From positions 349,618,001 through 349,682,000 of the forward strand of contig OZ024741.1 of assembly GCA_964016885.1 (NCBI GenBank): a stretch of 64,000 nt of DNA, in the 5' to 3' direction. The first letter of the stretch is position 1; each line of letters starts with the position of its first letter. The notes beneath the pieces were generated by a model that was not told the origin of the DNA, ran no database searches, and saw only the letters and a list, made by a program, of their open reading frames with translations. The stretch comes from Eledone cirrhosa (Eukaryota). Made by a program: the position numbers and the translations under genes. Below, one piece after another: positions 28,906 through 43,447 of this stretch.

Positions 28906-31530
28906 GAGGAAAGTCTCTGTCTTTAGTTCTTTCAGCCGCCTCCATCACACAACCTTTTTGGCCACAGCGACCAGGCAGAGGAAACTCCCTGCCCTTTTTG
29001 TTCAAAAGAAGGCGGCGGGTGATCTTCACGATGGACTAGGCCAATAGCCGGGTTCGTCTTACATGTGATAATAGCTGATCGACAAACGTCCACAAGTCAG
29101 TAATGCACGAACACTGGACGAAATTTCCACTGACCGCATTGCCCGGTCCATCCAGCATCCACTGACCTTGTTGAATGGCGTAGATTTGCCTCTCCAGTTG
29201 CCGAGCTACAAACCTACCGACTTTTCTGGGTTGATCTTCACTCCCATCAACCTTTCATATTCCTCCAAAGTTATGGGCCGGAAATTATTGATGACATGCC
29301 TCAGTGGTACTACTCTCCGACTTACAGAACTGCGAATTGTCCCGTTCTGCTGCCAATTGCAGTAGATAGCTTCGAAGAAGAGATCGAAGAACAAGACAGG
29401 CATATCTACGTAAAACTAATAGGCAGACCATCAAAACCGGGGGATTTGTGCCTCGTACAGTCGGCCAGGGATTCCTGAATCTCAACTGCTCTTATCGGCT
29501 CTTCGCAACAGTCAGCATCAATCGCCGCTAGCACGTAGGTTGCAATGCCACTTCTAATCGCCTCTTCTAATTTACCTACTAATTCCTCCTTTCTATTGTT
29601 TCTATTGCTACTAAAAGCTATTGATGCTACTCTAATCTCCCTCTTGATAGCACACCACCACCTGTTGTTGACGTATCCCCTGTCAACTTTCACTTAACTA
29701 AAGTGCTGACCCAATCTCAGGTGACCTGTCTAAAGACACCAGCTTTGCTATTGCTCACGTCAGGGACCACCAACTTACCGTCCGGGTCTAGGAAGATCGT
29801 CTGCACCTCGAGATCCAGGCTTTTCTTAACCAGCACTGCCACTCCACCTCCCATTCCAGGCGCACTAAGAGATGTGAATATCTTATAGTCGTCAAAAATG
29901 GGGACTAGTGCACGCCTGTCGGAAATCCTGGTCTAGCTGACGGCAATCACATCCATATCTAATGTCCGGAGGCCCTTCAGAAAGCGACCTTGCTTCCAGG
30001 ACAATTTATCCCGCAAAAATGACAGCGGAGCCTTTTGCTCTCAATTATAATTCTTAGCTCTGCGCGACCGGAAAGCGGATTAGGTTTGAGATCTTTTCCA
30101 TTTTCTCTGATTTGATCTGGAGCAGTATCTCCAGACTGTTCCCAAGCCAGTTCTCCCTCTGGGTCCTCGAGGAACGTTTCACTTCCCTCTAGCACTATGC
30201 ATGCTAGGATCTACCAGATGTTTATTTCTGGTAGGATCCCAGCAATGTATTGTTCTCCTTCCCTTGAGAGAAGGAAACATAAGCTGGTCCGTTTTGCAGG
30301 GGGCCACAGAATAACTTTTAGCAAGCGCCTCGCTTTTGAAAGCACCGAGAGGCTCCCAAACTGCTTGGTACTTGCTTGCCACTTGTTTAATGTCCGGCAT
30401 GAAATCTTTTAGAGCTGCCTCCGCCAATACGTCACAGTTTTCTTCTCAGTTGCTGCCAACACTTATGTTGGCCCAGGTTTTATCGAGTTTTACTGGTTTG
30501 GCTGTCTGAGCCAAACATTCCTCGCTCTATGTGAAGTTCATATTAAAAAGTTCTGTTTTCGCAGACGTTTTTATTGTTGTTACTGCTGTTGTTGTCTTTG
30601 GCTTTGTTTTTTATGCTGTTATTGTTGTTGCTGTTGCTGTTATTGTTGTTGTCGTCATCGTTGTGGTTACCGTTGTTGTTGTTGTTGTTGTTGTTGCTGT
30701 TGTTCCTGTTGCTGCTGTTGTTGTTGGCGTTGCTGTTGTTATTGTTGTTACTGCTGTTGTTGTCTTTGCCGTTGTGTTTGTATGTTGTTGTTGCTGTTAT
30801 TGTTGTTGTCGTCATCGTTGTGGTTACCGTTGTTGCTTTTGTTGGCGTTGTTGTTGTTGTTGCTGTTGTTGTTGCTGTTGCTGTTGTTATTGATGTTGTT
30901 GTTGGTGGCGTTGCTGTTGTTATTGATGTTGTTGGTGGTGGCGTTGCTGTTTTTGTTGATGTTGTTGTTGGCGTTGCTTTTGTTGTTGTTGCTGTTGTTG
31001 TTGGCGTTGCTTTTGTTGTTGTTGCTGTTGTTGTTGGCGTTGCTGTTGTTGTTGGCGTTGCTGTTGTTGTTGTTGGCGTTGCTGTTGGTGTTGTTGTTGG
31101 CGTTGTTGTTGTTGGCGTTGCTGTTGCTTCTTGTTTTTTATTGACGTTGCCGTTGTTGCTACTGCTGTTGTTGGCGACGGTGGCGTTGTTGGAGATATCT
31201 GTAGTTGTAGTGTCGGTAATATTATTGCCATTACTCTTCAGTGTGCAGTTCGAATTGTTTTCGTGGTGCACGCGTTTCTCTAGGAAAATTTCGCCGCTCT
31301 GGCTGGATGTGGAGGGGCGTGTAACCTACATTTATTTTCAATAAAAACTTTTATGGGCGTAATTTTATATTTAAAGTTCATATATTTCGGCCAAAGGCTA
31401 AAAATACTATAGGGACTCACATCTTCGGGGCAAACATAGATGCCTTATTTCCGCTTTACAACAAAACATTTTAACAACACATTGATTTAAATGGGTGAAA
31501 ACAAGCAAAACTTACGGAGCAAAATCGACC
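28906..31530 (-). mobile_element. Decayed, internally deleted Tx1/L1-clade LINE adjoining the Dong element
   Basis: APE and RT remnants (LDPDGKLVV, KSPGFDGLP, INPEKSVGL); ORF1 region carries a (CAA)n expansion; homologous to the elements at 45.9-49.4 kb and 62.2-64 kb. Confidence 0.78.
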
Positions 31531-31564
31531 GTGTTCAGAAAGAAGAAGAAGAACAACAATAATA

Positions 31565-31900
31565 ATGGTTTCTTATATAGGCACAAGGCCAGCAATTTTG
31601 GGGGAGGGGAAAGTCGATTAAATCGACTCCAGTGCGTGACTCCAGTACTTTATTTTATAGATACCGTAAGGATGAAAGGCAAAGTTAACCTAGGCGGGAA
31701 TTGAACTCAGAACGTAGAGGGCCGTAACTCTATGCTGCGAAGCATGGTGTCTGACGCTCTACCAATTCTGCCAATTCCCCGCCCTAATAATAACAATTGT
31801 TTCGACTTTTGGCACAAGGCCAGCAATTATGCCAGTGTATTACTGGTACTTTATTTTATCGACCTTGTAAGGATAAAAGGCAAAGTTAACCTCGGCGGGG
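31565..31900 (-). mobile_element. SINE pair
   Basis: One full and one partial copy. Confidence 0.83.
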
Positions 31901-31999
31901 TAATAATAATATTAACCGTTTTTTTTTGTAGTTATTACATGAAAGTGATATTCTGTGTTTATGTTATAAAATAATATGTTTTTTTTTTCTCAATCGAAG

Positions 32000-32332
32000 G
32001 TCTATGTTTACAATCCACGAGGAGAAGGTGCTCCTTCAAAGACTGGCTGCTGTGAGAGAATTGTCAATATCAGAGACGAATTTCCAGCTGCCAGAGGAGA
32101 ACGTGCCCTCCCAGATAAACTCGATGCCGTTTACTATTCATACAAGAAACAAGCAATGTATTTTCTACAAGGTGAGGACGTATGGATAAACAGTAACTTC
32201 AGCCGACGACAAAGTCCGCGAATAAATACGATTCGTTATGTGAAGAAATGGTACGAGCATTGGTATGACATATGTGATGTGAAGTCAGACACATCTGCTA
32301 CAAGTGGTATGATCAACTATGCTGGCGATTGA
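32000..32332 (+). CDS. MMP21: MMP21-like terminal coding exon (last hemopexin blade and stop)
   Basis: Poly-T tract then aag| acceptor, phase 0. VYVYNP...LDAVYYSYKKQAMYFLQGEDVW...WYDICDV... ends in TGA; includes the terminal hemopexin Cys. Confidence 0.9.
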   Translation, partial: VYVYNPRGEGAPSKTGCCERIVNIRDEFPAARGERALPDKLDAVYYSYKKQAMYFLQGEDVWINSNFSRRQSPRINTIRYVKKWYEHWYDICDVKSDTSATSGMINYAGD

Positions 32333-33313
32333 TTTGTGATAGACGTAGCACATATTTGAAATACCAAATCTTTAATCATATATATTCAGAAGATGCATAT
32401 GTATTTACGTATATATATGAATTTATGTATATACATGTATACAACACATGAAGAGATATTCAGACGGAAAGAAGTGCAAAGAATACCATGGGTAGTCAAC
32501 AAATACAAGCATTTAGCAGAGATGGAGAGAGCGCAGGAGAAAGAGAAAGAGAGATAAGAAAAAGAATGAAACAGTTGAATGTACAGACAAGAAAGGGGGT
32601 AGATAAAGATTGTCAGAGAGTTTGAAACTGGAACAGCTATAATCTAAAGACAATCCATTTCTGGAACATTTTGGGCATGAATTTCAAGTGTAAATTAAAA
32701 CATATGACTTAGTATGCACTGAGTTTAATTTAAAAACATATACCCTCACACTTGTATGTATGCATGTATGTATTATGAATGTATGTAAGGGCGGATGGAA
32801 GGCTGTATGTATGAATATATATACATATATATATATGCATACATAGCTTCTACTATCTTCCTACACGGAGAAAACCTGTCACATTTATATTGTATTACTG
32901 TGTTATTGAGGCAGAGCAATACGTTAATAATCTTCACTTGATAATATAATTCCTCTGATATCCCAATCTTTCTATTGTACCTCCCTTTCGCATTTACAAT
33001 TTAATATTTTATTTAAAAAGAGCAATCATTTGAATATTTATAATTACCACTTAAGACAAAGCTCTTGGCAATTTTACTCCTTTAAAACTAGAAATATTAT
33101 AGTAATTATTATTGATGTTATTAAAATTATATATATGCGCGCGTGTGTGCGTTTGGTTGATTTTTGTTGGGCGTGAGCACTAATGATTGTAAGTATGCAT
33201 GTATTGTATAAAGGTGGATAGACATATCAAGGAATTGACTCATATATTGAGAACCACTTCAAGTTAAGCATATAAAATGTTCTTGATATTCGTATATATA
33301 TATAAATAAATAA

Positions 33314-33361
<48 letters not shown>

Positions 33362-33687
33362 TAAATATATATCTATATATAAGTGTGTGTATATATAGTA
33401 TCTTAATTTATTAATTAAACTATTTTTCTTATATTTTCAATAGCGTATTTCCGACAATTGAAAGATGCCATTGCATGTACGTGTTTCAATGCATGCTTAG
33501 GACAATAACTAGTTTAACGCAAAATTGACGTAGCTTCAACCAATTAAATATAATTATTGAAATTGCTAAGTATTTTTAGACTAAGCGTGCATGTCATAGA
33601 AAAAGAAAATATGATCATTTTTCTCTCATGTCTAAAAAAAAAATGACTTCGTTGTATGAGAAACCCCTATCAACCTTTCTCTCTAAA

Positions 33688-33793
<106 letters not shown>

Positions 33794-34753
33794 TTGCATA
33801 TTTTCTTCTCTCTCTAAGCAAATATGAAGGGATAATCTTTGTTACTTCCATGTCCCAGGTTTTGACAATGACTTAATTCCACAAGAATGTCTCTCGAAAC
33901 TACGGTTCGGTCGATCGTTATACAAATGGCAATCGAAATAATTACAGAACAATAATATATTTTTTTAAGTTTTATCTGCGTTCGAAATGTGGCAGAAAAA
34001 AATGTTAGACATACCACGCCATTATTACTATTATTAAAATTGTTTTCTTGATAATTTTATATTTTTGCCGTTTATATTATTGGCTGATGTTTTTATCTTT
34101 TACAAAATGTTATTCGATATAATGCCAAATCGATTAGCAAATGTATATATAAAAACTATTCCAATGTCGATCGGCTTCCAATACACCAACTACAAAAAAA
34201 AGAAAAACAAGAGAATTAATAAAAATAATAATTATTATTGTTATTATGATAATGTCAGTTATAAGGCAACTTATTTATTAAATAATTGTGCATTATTAAA
34301 AAATAATGACTAGAAATCTGTCATTTTAAAAAAAAACCTCAACTACTACCATTTCTCAACCAAAAGAAATTTGATTTCTCTACCTTTCGAAAAAAGATAA
34401 CAACCAAATGCCGAAATCCACCTAGAGATGAATGAATAATAAAGGATTTTAAATGGAATTCGGTACGATGGGAAAGAAAACAAAAAAGAGAAAATTACAT
34501 TTAAAAATACCGCAACGACAATATCAACAATAAATATTCAAACTTAAAATGAAATTATGAAGAAATAATAGCGTATATGAAATAAATGAAAAAACTAAAT
34601 AGTACAATTAGTCGCACACATTGTAGAATTTATCATGTGCTGAAGAAAAGATATGATTATATAAGCCAAACAAATGTTTTTTTATGTATTTAAATTAACG
34701 AAATACCAAGAAAGCAATTTGGTGGCAACATATTTAATGAACAGAAAATAAAG

Positions 34754-36504
<1,751 letters not shown>

Positions 36505-38049
36505 GATAAGGGTGGTTAATCTTGAATTGGAAATGTTGACTGCAGGAAAGACTGAGTGTGTTGTTATAATTTTTTTTTCTCTGTTACTTAATTGCAGCAA
36601 ATGTAGTGTGTAAATGTTTAAAGATATATTATCTGTATGATTGAAATAAGTCTAGAGTTGTACGTGTGTCTAAATAGAATATGCGTATGTATGTGTATGT
36701 ATTTTTTAATTAATTCTAATCGTAAATTTATTTTGTTCTTTTCCCTAAACGTTGGACAGAAATTGAAACGAAACAAAAAAAATTCATGCATTGAAATTAT
36801 AATCTAATTTGAAATTTAGAAAGTCGATGCCACACTGTGATAAAACAATAACCCACATGATTATTTTTTTTATGTTTGCAATTATTTTGAGGGTAAAATA
36901 CATTATAAAATTTACATTTGTTTTTAGCAAAGTAAAAAGTATTGTATTTGCATATTTTTATATCAACGGGAATGTAACTTGTAGAATTTCTTTTGCACAT
37001 TGTTGTACTTTACATTTCTATTCAGTTTATTAAACTGCTGAATATGCTGTAGATATATTTGTGCATATAATACATTTTTTAAACAAGAAAAATGAAAATG
37101 AAAATAAGAAAATTGAAAAGAAAATTCATGAAAATAAAATAAATGTCTTGAAGCACTATTATTAGTATATCGGATGGTATTAGAAATAGCTGAAACAGCC
37201 GGAGTAATTTCTTTGTAGTATCTAGTTTGTTACACCAAGCTAGTTAAAAAAAAAATGCCCTCTGATTCGACTCTATTTCATTTTTGGCGTCAATAAAATA
37301 AGTACCAATAATAAACTGGTTTCGATTTCTTCAATGTGTCAAGAAACGTTTCACTGCCATACAAAATCCTTGCTCTTTAAAATGTAATGAATTTCTCTGA
37401 TTATTCCTTAATAATATGTATTCGTGAATAAACAATAGTAATAATATAATATTATTAATATTCGGTTTCTTTGCAAGCGAATAGTTTCATAAACACCACG
37501 TGCTAGATGGCCAACGTCATTCTTTTGTTCCAGCGGTAGCTGAAAGAAGACTATCGACAACTGTTTCGGAGTGTTTGCTCCTTATCAAGATGGTGTATTC
37601 TCGTCACTGCCACCCACTGGAACTGCTGGAAGAAACGCATGACGTTGGTTATCTAACACGTGGTGGTTATGAGGCTGTTTGCTTGCAAACAAACCGAATA
37701 TCAATAATATTTCGATATTATTATGATATTATTATTATTCAATCATGAATACATTTAGGTATCCACCCTGTTAAGAGCGAAAACATATTTTATTTCTTAA
37801 TAATATAATTACATTTTTTTTTTTCAAACTTTTAACTTCATATTTGAAGATGAAAAGTATAATACTACCGTGTTTCTGTAAGAAGGTAACTGGTGATGAA
37901 ATGTATGTATCATCATATAGATAAGTAATTGCAATGGCATGTTGTGGAAAAGTTAGAAACGACTTCGTTGCACTTTTTGCAAGTTTCTTCTATTTCAGGA
38001 AAACCAATGGTAAGTGTGTGGAAGCTAGACGTGTTCATATGTATGTATG

Positions 38050-38110
<61 letters not shown>

Positions 38111-40273
38111 AACACATCAAACAATTACAGGGGATAATTTGTAAAAAGTGTAAACACACATAGTTACGGAGGTAACATATTAAAAATTAACAAGAACCTT
38201 GAATATAGATACCTTGCAATATTATATAAATATGTCATTGCGATATTTTAATTATATATATATATCATTCAACTTTTAATTTAATGTTAATAAATACTCG
38301 GATTTACTACTTGGAATCTTTGGACTTATTCCACGGGTGGTATGGCGCATGCTTCTGATATTCTCAGACATATTTAATCTAATTGTATCAGTATATATAC
38401 ATATATATCAAATCAAGAGTAGTTAAGGCGGAGTGATGAAGTAACCCCGTCTTAACTACTCTTGATTTGATATATGAATACTCAGTCACTCTTAATCACC
38501 AACTTTTAGTTGGGATAAACTACTAACGTGAAGTGCTTTTGGATCGCTCGAACTGACTTACAAGCAGCTTATCGTCTGCAATACACAAATATATATATAT
38601 ATATATATATATACGTACGTATGTATGTATATGTATGTACGTACGTATGTATGTATCCATGCATGTATGTACGAACGTATATATACACACATACATACAT
38701 ACATGCATACATGCATACGTACATAGGAAAGTACAAGTACAATCCATTAATGGAACAGTAAAAGTATGTAAAACATTCCAAAAATTCTGCAGCTAATAAC
38801 TGCATATGCACTTGTACAGATACAAAGCATATGCACATGCACACATACAACTCAAAGCATACACATCCACACATATAATAACATCCATACCTGCACACAC
38901 GTGCATGCATGCAGACATGCATATAGCATATATATCTACCTAGTTGATGTGTAAAATCCAATGACAGTGTCTTGTATCTACGTTAGAAACCGACTCTCTC
39001 TATTGGTAAAAATTTGTAAAATTGTAAAATCAGAGGAACATACATATGTACGTACATACGTACATACGTACGTACATACATACAACCTTGCCACCAGGAA
39101 GGTGGCCGGTCAAAAAAATATACTCGAAATTAAGAGAAAGAGATAACATACATACGTACGCACATGCATAATAATCTCCACTGAGTTACACGCGATTAGT
39201 ATATTACCAGGAATATTACTCTCTATAAAATATGTTAAATGTATTACCTTCATATAATGCATGATACAGATACCATGAGTATATAGCCTGCCATCTTTGT
39301 TCCAGATACAATGTCATATATCCTGTAAATATAATAAAAGTATCTGAACAATGTTATACACAGGAATATTTGCTTTAAAGGACCAACAAATATTGTGTAA
39401 GGAAGGACGTTCACTGCGAGGAAATATGGATGATTCATATAAAGTTCTGGAAAAATGAACAATAAGTTTTAAGCTTAATAGAACTAATAGTTTGTTCAGC
39501 AACTGAGATAAAGTGATCTGCTAAATTTTGGAGTATAAATTCGCAGGAACGTGCGTCTTTCAATAGGTTTTAAAAACTATAAGACTGATAGTTTCATTGG
39601 CAACAGAAAAAAAAACTGTTAAATATTAGAGGATAGACTCTCATTAGATGTATATTTTATGTAAAAGATCTTGAAATCCTAGATTTAAGACACGGGAAGA
39701 GACTGAGAAAAACGATCCTGCAAACTCTTGGAGTATAGTTTCCTCTCTGGTGTGTTGTGCGTAACATTCTGGAAAAAAATACATTCCACGCCAATTATAA
39801 AAGAATCTAACAAAACTACTAAATTAGTTTTGAAAAGAATTTCTGTCTGAGAACACGCTTGAAAATTCTAGTAGATTCTTTATTGGTTAAGTCAACATTT
39901 TCAGATAATTTCTAAACATTTAAACAATAATTTGCTCGACTAAATAATTTTTGAAAATTCCTATATAATTGGTTAGTTTTATCTAAATAAGATCATATTC
40001 TGAATAACTAACAATACAGTATTAGTATATCATATTTGTTACCAAACAAATTCTTAACAAGTTTTCTCCTTGTAGAAATATATTTTGACGAATAAATTTT
40101 TTTAACAAAGTAAATTCCATGTATTCAAACCTGCATTTTATATCTATTTGTGAAATATTTTGTAAATATTCTGCCACGTTATGATATAAAAGATTAAGAA
40201 CTCTTTAGAACACTTAGGATTTCAAAATAACATCCTTCCCGATACACTTACATATATGCATGTATATATATAT

Positions 40274-40935
40274 ATGAATGTATGTATAGTATATTTCGCA
40301 ATATACCGTATGTTTAATTAAAAACATTTAGAAGACCATATGCTATTGGTTTTATGACTATGTCACTTACCTCTTTTCAGCAAAAGAATGGAAAGAAGCT
40401 AACAGTCTGTTTCGCGCTGTTTGGCGATCATCAGAGCCATGCACCCCTGCTTCCGCCGAAAATTATAGAAGCTGGATTCTTATAGAATTCCAGTAATAAT
40501 CAGGAGCTGATTATACAGATCGAGTGCCGGTCCAGCAAAAATTAGGGATTAGGATTGGTGCTCTGAAATAGCGATGTATACATGAATGTATGTATAGTAT
40601 ATCTGGCAATATACCGTATGTTTAATTAAAAACATTTATTAAAACATTAATTAAAAACCTATCGGTTTTAAAGTAGTGACTGGAATTTTATAAGAATCCA
40701 GCTTCTATAATTTTCGGCGGATGCAAGGGGTGTGTGGCTCTTATGATCGCCAACTAGCGTGAAACAGACTGTTAGCTTCTCTCTCTTCTTTCGCCGAAAA
40801 GAAATAAGTGACATCGTCACTACTGTAAAACCAACAGCATATGGTCTTCTAAATGTTTTTAATTAAACATACGGTATATTGCCAAATATACTATACATAC
40901 ATTCATGTATACATCGCTATTTCAGTGCACCAATC

Positions 40936-40940
<5 letters not shown>
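40274..40940. mobile_element. Retrozyme-like element: partial tandem (308-bp period) plus an inverted copy, two HHRs
   Basis: atgaatgtatgtatagtatat recurs at 40274 and 40582; ~40678-40905 is the reverse complement of ~40274-40495; followed by (TA)n. Confidence 0.78.
40398..40437 (-). ncRNA. Type I hammerhead ribozyme (inverted copy at 40737-40776 has G5>U)
   Basis: GCU-CUGAUGA-UCGC(caaaca)GCGC-GAAA-CAG-A-CUG-UU-AGC. Confidence 0.75.
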
Positions 40941-40997
<57 letters not shown>

Positions 40998-41067
40998 AAG
41001 CAATCACAACATATATAATTTCTATGGTGCTTATGTTTCTCAATAGAAAAGCTCAATGGACATTTGC

Positions 41068-41111
<44 letters not shown>

Positions 41112-41879
41112 CGTTTGAGAAACACGTAGTATTTTGTACATATATAATATATAAAAGCACATAATGTTTAGGAAAAGATATAATTGCCCCAAATTCTTAA
41201 TTTATTGACCTGATTATACTGTGACTAGTACTTCGCACCTCTTTCTAGCGGATATGACTTCCAGTCCTATTTTATCTGCCGCCACAGTTAAAACGTTCAT
41301 ACCCCATGCTGTCTATGATGTGAGCCTAACTCTCGGATCCCAACAGATATAAAAGGATTGGAACTTATCCAAAGAAGAATTTCTTTGATGATTGATTCAC
41401 TTCTCCTGTAGCTTTATCAAAATCTATAGTTGGTGATCGATGATCAATTGCTTAGATCATTTTTTGTTATTGGTTACGAATCATGAAATGGTACCATAAG
41501 GAAAGAAGAACTTCTCAACCTTGAAGTACATATTTTTTCCTAAATTGGAAAGTTATAATCAAAGTTATGGCGGTGGCCAGACCAACGAAGTAACAATTAG
41601 GCTTCCACAAAGCACTCAATAGGAATGTATCGATAAATCGATAGGCTACACCTCAGAATAATTAATATATGTTAGATAGCGTGACAAATTGAAAACTCCG
41701 GCTAGGGAGCATAGCCACATAATTCGCCAAGACAACGAAAATACAATCAGGTTAAATAACAATATATATATATACTTTGTTTTTGTATTTGTTTCGCATG
41801 ATCTTTTTTATCTGAAAATATTGAAACATATATTTTTATACTTTGGGAGGGTGGTGCGTACCTGCTGGGTTTCACCTCA

Positions 41880-42062
41880 ATGGCAGTATCGGTAGAGGGT
41901 CGGACGCCATGCTTTCCAGCATAGTTACCTCCCTTTACGATCTGAGTTCAAATCCCGCCGAGGTTGACTTTCCCTTTCATCCTTACGGGGTCGATAAAAT
42001 AAAGTACCAGTAATGCAGTGGGTAATTGCTGGCCTTGTGCCAAAAGTAGAAACAATTATTAT
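41880..42062 (+). mobile_element. tRNA-derived SINE
   Basis: Same family. Confidence 0.85.
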
Positions 42063-42258
42063 AATTTCCCAGTCGGTTAGTTTAATAACCGGATTTTTGT
42101 TTAGTTGTTGATTGTCATCAAAGCTCTTTCGTCACACAATCTGTGACCTCCTCCCGGTTATTAATCTAATCGACTGGGACATTATAACAATAAATTGAAG
42201 TGAAACCCAATATGTACGTGTGTTTATTATTGACAGCATGACCCTCCCAAAGTATATA
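42062..42258. mobile_element. Truncated fold-back of the 8.5-kb family with a half hammerhead
   Basis: Same tttcgtcacacaatctgtgacctc stem II/GAAA segment and catgaccctcccaaagtata end; CUGA core lost at the inversion point. Confidence 0.65.
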
Positions 42259-43447
42259 TTTATATTTACTAACTACAAGAATAAACATATGTGTGCACCT
42301 ATGTTCCCACTCTAACAAACAATCTCACTGTCACACCTACATAATAGCTATAAACACACAGGCGCACATTGGTGCGTGTGTATTTATATATGTATATATT
42401 TTGTCTGCGTTTTGGGGCTTGCATACAATTGCATTTATGTAGAATAGCAATAGCGATGAATGTGTGTATATTTCCGTTGTTATTAAAATGTACTAAAGAA
42501 TAATAAATTTATACCACCCATGGTACGGAGGTCACATCACTTCGTAAAGTTGTTATCCAAGTAAAAATATTTGCAAACACCCTTAGGCTACATCCTGTTA
42601 GGTCGATCACACTATGCGTACAAAGATATTTTCTGAAAATGGAACTCCTCACACTTCCCCGTTTAAACATGTTTATCTTGATACAGTAAAAAAAAACGGC
42701 TTATAATTACTAAGCAGCTTAGCTTATCCGGGAAAACACGTGAAGGGCTCAATTTTATGCAAATAACAGGGGCATATTTGCTATAAAATTTCGTGTAAAA
42801 TTTCGTAATTGTCCACCATTAATAAAGGAACGAGAGTTTTTTTTTAACTCGAATCACTTGTTTTGTTGACGAACAAATTTAGACAATAACACTTATAATA
42901 AATTCTTCAGTATTGACACTATACAAAAGCACTGGAAAGCAAATTTTAACACTTAGAAAAAAATTAATAGCAAAGCTAGAACCATAAATATATTTAAACA
43001 AAACGTTTATCGAAACTCGTAGTCTATGTAAAAGGTTCATAAAATGAACTTACCTTTAGCTACAAATGAAGATTCATTAAATCCGTTGAGAGCAATCATA
43101 GGAGAGTAAGCAAATACATGCAAATTAGCATTCATAAAAAATAGAAAGGCTACAATCTTAAGGCATTGGTATTGCTCTAGCATCATAATTAACTGAGTCT
43201 TTAATATTAGAGTCCAGGTTAAATATACTCAGTTTGTCAGGGTTAAATTTTACATATTCTGAAGATCCTTTTCAGGTCAAACTCTATAATAATCATAAAT
43301 GACAGCGGTATGGAAATTATTATGCACACCAGGAATTCTCTCTTTTTCTACGAATACGTGGGTGAATGATCGTTTTAGTTTCCGGCATGGTGTTCTTGAA
43401 GGGCTTGGGCATTTTGGAGATTATTAAATTATATATTTTAGATATAA

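Noticed and set aside
43254-43295. ctgaaga-tcct..aggt-caaa hammerhead-like string
   Set aside because: G12 is missing and stems I/III are unconvincing; no element context.
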